Shown in pieces: positions 50,231-60,497 of a DNA stretch of 64,000 bases. The stretch spans positions 24,364,990-24,428,989 of the forward strand of contig CM119266.1 of NCBI GenBank assembly GCA_051294375.1, read 5' to 3'. Source of the stretch: Paraspadella gotoi (taxonomy: Eukaryota > Animalia > Chaetognatha). Numbering within the stretch: position 1 is the first letter of the stretch; each line of letters opens with the position of its first letter. The position numbers and the translations under genes were made by a program. Under the pieces are notes generated by a model. The model did not search any database. It was not told the DNA's origin and saw only the letters and a list, made by a program, of their open reading frames with translations.

Positions 50231-51384
50231 CTGGAAATGAAAGTAAAAAAGAGAGTAAGCAGAAGACGGACGTAAGAAAAATGTGGAGGGAGGAAAAGAA
50301 CTTAATATTAAGGGAGGAAGCAACAAGAGAAGGAAAATCAAAGAGAGAGTAAAATATTGAAAACCGAGGAATATATATAGAAAAGAGTGAAAAAAAGATT
50401 TTACCAAAATTATTGGTTAAATTAGTAAATGAATGATGAATGAATGACGAATGACTGAATGAGAATGATATGAATGAATGACATGAATGAATGAATGAAT
50501 GAATGAATGAATGAATGAATGAATGTCGGAAAAAATTTTTAAAAAATAAATTAATTAATCTTAAAGTTTCTTTGCTTTCTCCACTCTCCACTTTGGCCAA
50601 TCCACCCAACCGAGCTTCCCCCCCCTCATTTCCTCTCACCCTCCCCCTCCGGAGTGTTGTCCTTGATTCGCGTCTCGAGGCAAAAAAAAAAAGTCTCAGG
50701 GAAGTCATTAACGAAGATCTCGTCCCGGATTTAGCGTCAATCATTGGCGTCGACGTCGTCATCATCATCGTCATCATCAGCATCATCATCGTCCTCGTCG
50801 CTGACAGTGTCGTTTTCTACGATTTCGTAGTCCTATTCGTTCGCTTTGTCATCATCGGAAGCGTCACCGTCATCTTTTTCGTCATCATCGTTATCATCGT
50901 CGTCGTCGCTGAAAGTGCCGTTTTCAATGTCCTATTCTTTCCCTTTGTCATCCTCGGTATCGTCGCTGTCGTCGCATTCGTCATCATATTCTTCAGCACT
51001 GTTCTTGGTTACATGGTTAAAGTATCAAGTAACAGCATTTAATCGCAGTATAAAACTACTCGACATTGTTGAAAATATTTATCCCGACTTCCCGTTTTTA
51101 AAGGGAACGAGAAAAAAAAATATCCACAGCGGAGAAAATTGGAGAGAGGAAAAAAAAAAAGAAAAGAAAGGTTGAGGTCGAAGGCGGAGGAGGAAGGCGG
51201 AAAAAAAAAAGAAAAAAATGAGGAAAGTAAAAGGAAAGAAAAGAAAAAAAATGGAACAAAACAAAATAACGAAAAAACATGGAAATCTGATTAAAAGGTC
51301 GACATGGGAAGAGAGAGACAAAACAAAGGGAAAAAGAAGGACGATATGGGTAAGGGGATGAGAAAGGGAGGCTGGAGGGAGGGG

Positions 51385-51415
<31 letters not shown>

Positions 51416-51432
51416 TGAGAGAGATGAGAGAG

Positions 51433-51472
<40 letters not shown>

Positions 51473-51607
51473 CCAATTATAAGACACAGATATACAGAGA
51501 ACAAAGAGATGCCTTCCTTTGAATTTTTTTTTTTACAACAAAAAACAAGTTTCTCTCTCAAAAAAAGACGGTGGGTGTCGAAAACCCAAAACCTCGAAAA
51601 AGAGTAA

Positions 51608-51776
51608 AAAGAGGAAAAAGAGGAAAAAGAGGAAAAAGAGGAAAAAGAGGAAAAAAAGAAAAAAGAGGAAAAAAAGAAAAAAGAGGAAGACTTGCAAATT
51701 CAAATGAGAGAAAAGAAGAAGCCGTCGCCGACGCAGATGCCGACGCCGTCGCCGACGCAGATGCCGACGCCGACGT
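51608..51776. repeat. (AAAAAGAGG)n 9-mer array followed by a 24-bp GCCGTCGCCGACGCAGATGCCGAC duplication
   Basis: Read directly from the sequence; encodes (KRG)n and (AD)n in ORF 51571-52023. Confidence 0.8.
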
Positions 51777-52291
51777 CAATGAGACGAGTCGCTCCACCTT
51801 CGCCATTTCTTTTCGGTCTTGTTCCTTCTTTCCCTTGATTTGTACTAAGTTTGTTTTTTCTACGTACAATTGTACAAAGTTTGTTATTTTTCTTTTTAAA
51901 AAAACATTTGTCTCATCTGTACTTTCAAAGTATTTAATATTTTTCTTATCCGGTTGTCTTTGCTCTCTATATATCGTTTTGAGCTTTTCGCATTTTCTCT
52001 CCATCAATTCTATGTATCGTTGAATTCTTATCGTCCCCGAGTTACTTCTCATTTACTAATATCATTTGGACCCTTTTTCCCCCCGTTCCATTTGGGCTCT
52101 TTTCGCCCCTTTTTCCCCATTCCCCCTCGGTTCCGTTTCTTTCCTTCTCGTTCCGATTTTTCGAAACCAAAACGGGAAAATGGGTCGGGGGGTCGTCGCG
52201 GGTCTTCAGTGGGACAAACAAACCAGAGTCGAAACCGCGAGGGAACAAAAGTCGCGAGACAGAGATGGAGACAGAGACGAGGGGAGAGATC

Positions 52292-52337
<46 letters not shown>

Positions 52338-52627
52338 CAAAGACGAAGGGAGAGATCGGAGAAAAAGAGAGGGAGATAGAGACGAGACAGAGATAGGAAA
52401 TTAAGAGGGAGATAAGAGAAAAAACTAGAGATGGAGACGGAGACAAAAAAAGAGAAATGGTAAGCCAAAGAAAGCGTTATTCGTGGTGATTGTTAATACA
52501 AATATTATTTTGTTTAAAGGAATATTAAACCGAAGATAAAAATGAAATTAGAAGGATAAGTTGTTGAATTGAATACGAATTGTTAAACATGTTGCAATCC
52601 TAAATTTTTTCAAAGTTTTATAAAAAA

Positions 52628-52674
<47 letters not shown>

Positions 52675-52791
52675 AAGAAAAAAAAATTGCAGGGAGACCA
52701 GATGCAGGAAGGAAAAGTGAAACGTCGAGAGAGAGCGAGACGCTGAACAGATGAGGGCCAACCGCGCCATCTGAGACAGATGCAGGATAGA

Positions 52792-52869
<78 letters not shown>

Positions 52870-53100
52870 AATAATGGAAGTGAAAGTGGTTGAGTGTGAG
52901 ACAGATGCTAAAGTGAGTCTGTGACAAATGAAAACTGTTTCGCGAGAAAAAAGAAAAGTTGTCGGCATCTATATCATTGGGGCACAACTGGTTAAACTGT
53001 CCCTTAGCATTGATAATGGGAAGGGATATTAAAGAATAAACAATCTATTTTTAAAACTTTATTATTTTACATAATTGTTGTGGATGTCATCGTTATTATT

Positions 53101-53134
<34 letters not shown>

Positions 53135-54280
53135 GCTTCGTCCTTTGCCTTTCCTTGTTTAGCTTCGTGAAGACTCAAGATTAAAAACGTCGTTTATTTT
53201 TAGCCCCAGAAAAAAAGTTGTTAGGCGCTGCCAATGGCCGCGCCAACCGTTTGCCATCTCCTCGAAAAGACGATAGAATCAAAAAAGAGACAGACGCTTC
53301 GGCCGCAGCGCCGACCGCGGCACTGACCCGCAGCGCTGACTGCAGCGCCGAAACAACGGCGCCGACCACAGTTCGGAGCGCGGAGACTAATGAGGAAAAT
53401 GCGTCGCCTACTTTCGCCTCATTACCCGGGTGGGTTGCGTCCTCGTTTCCCCCCGCCGCTACCGCCGCCGCTTCCGCCGCCGCCTCTACTCTTTCGCCTC
53501 GTTAGCGCCGTCATCGGTCCCCGCCGCCGCGGCGCCGCGCTGAGGCTGTCTGCCTCCGCCGCTCATCGCCTTCGGGTCTGCCTCTCCGTTTCCGCCCGAT
53601 TCGTCCCGGTCGAGCCTCGTGTCTCGAAATGAACTTGAGCCTCGTCCGTTGGTCCTGAGAAATATATATTCTCCATTTAAAGTTTTAAACTAACAAACAA
53701 ATTTACTAAGTATCAACTGCGCCGAGCACTTTTCAGTTTTGTCAAACTTTTAAAAAATTATATAATTTTCTAAATTTTGATATAAACTCCTACGTACTTT
53801 TCCTAAAAGTGACTCGCCTTTTTCGGATTCCCTGTTTCCACTCCAAACCACGTCACCCTGCCACATCTACGTCCATCATCCATCCCTCCTTTTCGCTTCG
53901 TTTCTCCAGTCGGGTTCGCATCCCTTATTCCTAAATCTCCATCAGTCCATCAACACCCCATCCCCCCTTCCTCACGCCTCCTAACCCCACGCCCGCCTCA
54001 TTAGCGCCTCTTTCATTTTTCAATTCTCCGTTCCTCCATTTTTTTTTTTGCGTCATTTACTCGTCGTCCCCGATTTTAGGTTTCGCCTCCGAAAAAGGAG
54101 CGAGTTGTTTTAAGATCGCTTTATTTCTGAAAGGAATATTTAGAAAATGAGAGATTCACAGAATATATGGCGATTTTTAGCAATTTTATAGGCAAACCAA
54201 AATTAATTGCAAACACAATTGCCATCGGCTACACAATGACGAAAACGTCGAATATATAATTATAAATGTATGTACGCAAC

Positions 54281-54437
54281 ATCACCGGTGTCAATTTATC
54301 ATTTATCATTTATCATTTATTCCATTCGTTTAACAAACTTTCTGGATGAATTTAAATATGCCTACAATTCATCATAAAAGTTTGTTAAATGAATGGAATA
54401 AAGGATAAAAGATAAATGATAAATTGACGCCGGAGAT
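54281..54437. repeat. Long imperfect inverted repeat (~72-bp arms, ~13-nt loop)
   Basis: 54281-54352 atcaccggtgtcaatttatcatttatcatttatcatttattccattcgtttaacaaactttctggatgaatt pairs with 54366-54437 aattcatcataaaagtttgttaaatgaatggaataaaggataaaagataaatgataaattgacgccggagat, with about 7-8 non-Watson-Crick positions. Confidence 0.85.
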
Positions 54438-55269
54438 ATTACATGATGCATATTTTAACCTACTCATAATTACCACTAATAGTTGAATGAATAACAACCC
54501 TCTCCCCGCTTATTTCTACCCCACAATACGGTACACCCCACTGGATGAATCATCTTCTTCTCATGAGAGATTTTTCCCTCCCTCGCGACCCAATATAAGC
54601 GGAGGATTCGTTTTCCCGCCGCCAGGCGCCGCCTTCTTTGAGTCTCATGAGTCTTCGGTCTCTCGAGAGGCGATTTCCCTCGTAGTCATCGAGCGCGATG
54701 CATTTGGCTGACCCGACGATGTTGTCCGACGCAGGGCCGACGATGACCGACGAAGGGAGCTGATGTGAGGCGTGTGTTATTATGAACGAGCGCGGGGTTA
54801 TATATAGTTATACTAGTTATAGTTATAGTTATAGTTCTTTGTCAGTATTACACCTTTTTCAGTAAAGTACCTTAGATTGTTTTAATTTCCATATTCTTTC
54901 TCGACCCCGCCCTCTTGAATAAACATAAAGTGTTCACTGTCAAGCACTATTCATAATTCATTTTTTAAATTCTTTCTTCCTTCATACTTGTTTTACCAGA
55001 TATAATTGGAATGACTTTTTTCTCCTTTTCGTTGGTTCCCCTCTTCACGCCTTCACTCTCTTTCACATTCACGAACCTCGGACGAAGCCTTAACCTCCAC
55101 ATGCACAACCCTACCCCTGCCCCAGTGCCCCCTCTTTGCAACAATCATCTAGGGTTCGGCCTTTCCCGAGAATGAGATGCCAAAGACTAGATGATGGTTA
55201 ATGCGTTGGACAATCAGACTTGATTACAAAAAAAATCCAACGAGAGCGCGGAGTGGGAAGGGTGGGAGA

Positions 55270-55900
55270 TTGTAGGGTGGAAAAAAGAGAAAGAGAAAGT
55301 AAGAGTGGGGAGTGGAAAAGGGTGATAGAAAGTGAAAAATAAATAAAGAGAGTGGAGTGGAAAAGAGTGATAGAGAGTGAAAGAGTGGAGTGGAGAAGAG
55401 TGATAAAGACTAGAGAGTGAAAGAGAAAGAAAGAGAGTGGAGTGAAAAAGTGTGAAAGAGAAAGTAAGAGTGTGGAGTTAAAAAGAGTGATAGAGAGTGA
55501 AAGTGAAAGGGAAAGAAAGGGAGTAGAGTGGAAAAGAGTGCTAGCAAGTGAAAGATAGAGTGTGGGGTGGAAAAGAGTGATAGCGAGTGAAAGAGAAAGA
55601 AAAAGAGAGGGCTTAAAAAGAGTGATAGAGAGTGAAAGAGAAAGAAAGAGAGAGGGCTGGAAAAGAGTGATAGAGAGTGAAACAGATTTAAAACAGTGTG
55701 GGGTGGAAAAGAGTGATAGAAAACTGAAAGAGAAAAAAAGAGAGTGGAGTGGAAAAGAGTGATAGAGAGTGAAAGAGAAAGAAAGAGAGTGGAGTAAAAA
55801 AGAGTGATAAAAACTGAAAGAGAAAGAAAGAGAGTGGAGTGGAAAAGAGTGATAGAGAGTGAAAGAGAAAGAAAGAAAGAGAGTTGAGTGGAAAAGTGTG
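55270..55900. repeat. Purine-rich minisatellite, ~43-bp unit GAGTGGAGTGGAAAAGAGTGATAGAGAGTGAAAGAGAAAGAAA
   Basis: About 14 degenerate tandem units; source of the 307-aa 'SLSITLFHS' minus-strand ORF. Confidence 0.85.
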
Positions 55901-57183
55901 AAATATTTAGAAAGAAGATAAACAGGGATAGGGTTAGAAAGAAACAGGTAAAAGAGGTTGTGAAAAAATTTATAATGAGACAGATAAGAAGAGGGAAATA
56001 GCGAAAGAGACAGAAGCGTATGAGCAGGATGGAGGACTTTTTTTAAGTAGGAAAACTGAAAAAAATTCCAGAATGAGACGAATATGAAGGCGCGATAATA
56101 TGGCTCTTTATAAATCCGCAATTTCTTCCTATAACATATTGTATTGTAAATACAATAGCAGAGTTCCTGTCAAAATCGATTACGTCTGTCTATCCAAACA
56201 ATTTTAAGACAGTATTTGGTTTGAAAACTCTCCTTTTTTTTCTGAACCGGGAAAAAATGCCGACTCAATCTGAATCATGAAAACTTCATAGAAGCCACGA
56301 AACTATACAAGTCAAATAAGATATCCATTATCAAATACATCATCTCGGAACCAAATAGATGTGCCGAACTCCCGAGCTTAAATCATCTCTCGCCCTTCAA
56401 GATCGAAGAAAAAGATTTTTTTTTCCCTTTTTCTTTATTTGTCTTTTTCTTCTTTTTTTCTGATTCATCTTTTGATCTTCATCTTATCTATTAACTTCTT
56501 CTTCTTCTTTTTCTTTTTCCTCTTCTTCTACTTTTTCTTCTTTTTCTTCCTCTTCATCTCCTCTTCTTCTTCCTCGCAACGCAAGAAAAACGAGCTGTCA
56601 ATTTTTTTTGGCGTTTATTAATCACGCCACTACTACGTCACTGTCATCGCTAAAGCCCATCGCGCCACCGCGACAATCCCGCCACCGCCGCACGCCATTA
56701 GGTGGATATCCGTCTCGAGTGACGTCTAGCGGCTTCGGTTGAGCAGACAAAACAAAAAGAAAAAAAAATTCATATTAAAAAAAAGAAAAAAGAAACAAAA
56801 ACTAAATTAAGGCATAAATAAAAGGTCGAGGGAGGACCGAGGAGGCGCCCCGAATTTTCGGACGTTTGTTTCATACGAGTCGCCTGAGTTATGTCTTCAT
56901 ATTCTTGAGGCGGACAAAAAATAACGTCGAAGGAGCCGCCGCCAAAAACAACGACAACAACAACGACAACAACGATTCGGAGGCGGACGATATCGAAAAA
57001 GGCGCCGCCATCCATAGCGCCATCACCGACGGTGGCAATTCTATCGAAAGAAAATATCATATTATCTATGGAACGAGCGTCAAAAAAGCAAAGTCCGACC
57101 ATCAAATAAGACTTTAACAAATTCGTTGCAAATATCTCTCCTATTTTCTGCAACCGATGTCGCCAACGATCCTACCACCTCCC

Positions 57184-57214
<31 letters not shown>

Positions 57215-57319
57215 CTCTTCGAATGCAGAGCCGCCTTTTCTCCTTTTCGCCTCAGCTTCTTTCTCCTTACTAAATTTGTTCGCCCGCTCCTTTTTTTTGG
57301 CTTTCGTCCCGAAAAAGCA

Positions 57320-57355
<36 letters not shown>

Positions 57356-58358
57356 CTGCTCTTTCATTCTCTCAGATTCGAGCTCATTTTCTGACACAGG
57401 AGAAGCGGAGAATGTGCAGACTTGGCGAATCCTACCACTGATGTCATACCATCTGCGTAGAGGAGTGAGAGAAGGAGGAAGAGGAGAAGGGAGAGGAGTG
57501 AGAGAGGAAGGAGGAAGAGGAGGAAAATGAAGAAGACGCTTAGAACACAGAGAGGGGGGAAACTGTTCTCTCTTTTCTCTCTTTTTCGACGAAAATGCAA
57601 TAATAATCGATTTTACAACCGAAATTGTCATTATGACCCATTTTGGTCGGGGTCACTTTGCTTTAGGGGCAGTTTTCTTGGATTTTATTACTTTCTTTAG
57701 TGTCGGCGATGAACGGGTTCGGTTGACGTCTGGAAAATGTCCATTTTTTTACATTTCTTTTAAGGTTTCAACCGCCAACAGTAGAAATCCGGATAGATCA
57801 TACAGTCTACTAATTAACAATTGCTTATGAAATTCCGGAACATTTAAAAAAAAAGGTTCAGTAAAAGTTTAAAAAACTATAAATATAAATACTTCACATT
57901 TAATTGCAATTCGTAATTCAAACTTTTGTTAACGCACTTTTCACACACAGTGTCTCACTATATTTCCCAGTTTTACATCTAAATTCTCTTCACTTCACAA
58001 TTTCCCCATCTCTGTCAAATCAATCTCTAAGATATATTCTCCCACAACACAATTTCCCCATCTTTGTCACTTCCAGTCCCCACCGATGGAACCGCTGCCG
58101 GTGGCGCTGCCATTTGGTTTCTCGTCCGATGGTCAAAGCCCCCGTTGACGACGACGACGATAACGTCGGCGAAAACGTCTCACGTGACCGTCTGTAATGA
58201 CCGGCGGAACCTTTGAAGCTTCCGACGGACGGTGGGGAGATTCGGTTGTCCGAAAAAGATGATCATCGAATGATCGTTATGGCGATTTCATTTAGATGAA
58301 ACTCGGAAGACGACGACGACGACGACCACAACGACGACGAGAGGGTCATGTTATATAC

Positions 58359-58393
<35 letters not shown>

Positions 58394-59828
58394 CTCGCGC
58401 GTTCGGAAGGCGAGAGATGTCACGGGGTCGAGGCGGGGGCGATCGAGAGACGAAGCGGACGATCACGTGACGTCGCGTCGGGGTCAGAGGTCATCCGGGT
58501 CGAAGTGGGTCGAAAATCCGAGATTGTGCTTTTGTTTTTGATGGACGAGATTCGATGATATTGCGTCGTAGCCTTTCTCATTGCTGACTGGTTGTTGCAA
58601 CGATGCCAGTTTCATTAACCAGGTCGGGTTGTCGAACGACTTTTCTGTCAAGTATATTTCTTGTTCTTCTAGTTGTATTTCTACTCTCCTTGTTAAAACG
58701 CCAAGATTTCTTACAGTCGTATCCCGGATCTCCTTCGGTTAAGTCGAAACTAATACCCATAATTAAACCCGTTCAAAATCGACTATAAACCTTTTAAACT
58801 TGAATAATTGAAGAGTATATTTTCGATCCTGTATAACGTAAAAAATCCTCGTTAAAAAGTCAGAAGCGGCTTTTTTAAGATTCGTCGAGGGACCAAAAAT
58901 TTGACACCTAAACGACCTTCGTTTCTGGATCTGAGACTTTTTTTTCGAAATGACCTCGAGTATTGGATCAACTCTAAAAAAATGTTAACAACCAAAAAAA
59001 AATGCAAAATAGAATGTCTAATGTACAACGACGTATTCCAAGGCGCTTATGTAATACATAATATGTATGTTTCGCTTCAAATTTCTAGGGGTAACTAAAA
59101 TTCTACCCAAATTTTTTTTTTCTCTCTCTCTCGTCTGCTTTTTTTTCTTTCTCTCTCTTTCTCTCTCTTTCTTTCTCTTTCTCTCTCTTCCTCATGCGAT
59201 TCTAGCAACAAGAGAACCCGTAAAAGTGTCGTAAAAGTGGCAGCCTATGCCGGGATTCGAACTCAAAGACGTTAGGGACAATGGGGCAGAATTCGCGGTT
59301 CGGATTCCATTCAGGAAGGATAAGGAATTCTGAAAAGGGAAACGTAAAACCTACTTTTTTTACTGAAAACATTTTTTTACCCGTTTTATCGGTGTAAAGT
59401 CAATGGGTAAAAGGTTACGTTGTCCAAAAAAATTGATAGAAAATGGCGGACCATCGTGTTATATTTGTTCAAATATTTTATAAATTTTACTTTCGATAAA
59501 ATTTTTAATTGTATTCTTGAACGATGGCGGTAAAAATCGTTACAAACTCGTAAAACGACAGATGTCACCACGAGATGGAAGGCTCGGCCAAAAATGTATG
59601 CCGCCCGAAAAATGGCCCGCTTGTCGTTACAGTGAACAAAAGTCCAAGGACAATCTTCTTTATTATTTTATGTAGGCCTAGATTTCATGGTGGAAACTTA
59701 TTCGAAAAATGCTTGCGTTTTGTTGGCATGGCAACATAAAAATACTTATTACAAAGAAGGTCGTTTTTTTAGGAATAATTATCTGTAAAAATCGTTCTCC
59801 ATAGCAATTCTCAACAACAGACTTAAAT

Positions 59829-59900
59829 GGGCCCGTCCGGGAGTCGAACCCGGGACCTCTCGCACCCAAAGCGAGAATCATGCCGCTAGACCAACAGGCC
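59829..59900 (-). tRNA. tRNA-Pro (anticodon TGG), intronless, 72 nt
   Basis: Reverse complement GGCCTGTTGGTCTAGCGGCATGATTCTCGCTTTGGGTGCGAGAGGTCCCGGGTTCGACTCCCGGACGGGCCC. Acceptor stem GGCCTGT/ACGGGCC, A-box TGGTCTAGCGG, anticodon arm CTCGC-TTTGGGT-GCGAG, B-box GGTTCGACTCC; typical eukaryotic tRNA-Pro. Confidence 0.97.
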
Positions 59901-60195
59901 AACGTAGGGAAGGCTAGCGTTTATTCTTATCACAAAAAAACCAGTTTTGCAAACTTATGGATACTTATATTGGGCGTTTTTAAATAACTGACTCAATATC
60001 ATCAACATCTGCAACGTTCAACAATAAATAATATGAATATTATTATTAATGCCCATTTATAATATTGCTGCGGGATCTCCTTAAACATTCTACGAAGGAC
60101 GCGGCCAGAGTTTTCTATAATTAAAACCGCTGTTTTTATCGTCGGCACCTCTTCAGGCCTCTCTGGAACGGTTTTACTCTCTCGTCTAATCGAAT

Positions 60196-60288
<93 letters not shown>

Positions 60289-60449
60289 CGGCCTTCAACC
60301 ACCCTCCGGGTTCCTGACCCTTTCTTCACCCCCCAGCTTGTCCCCCTTCACTTTTTTTAACGGTTTTTACAACCGGAGAAAAGAAATAAGGAAGCCGAGA
60401 TTCGGCCCGCCTCTCATAAAGGTGAAGCTAAAGGGAATCCAAGGAATCG

Positions 60450-60497
<48 letters not shown>

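Noticed and set aside
49800-50789. 329-aa minus-strand ORF
   Set aside because: It runs through (ATTC)n and purine/pyrimidine minisatellites that are stop-poor by composition.
55198-56121. 307-aa minus-strand ORF with repeated 'SLSITLFHS'
   Set aside because: It is the translation of a pyrimidine-rich minisatellite; the repeat shifts between frames, so there is no evidence of coding constraint.
59678-59902. 74-aa ORF 'MACWSSGMILALGARGPGFDSRTGP...'
   Set aside because: It is the spurious translation of the tRNA-Pro gene.
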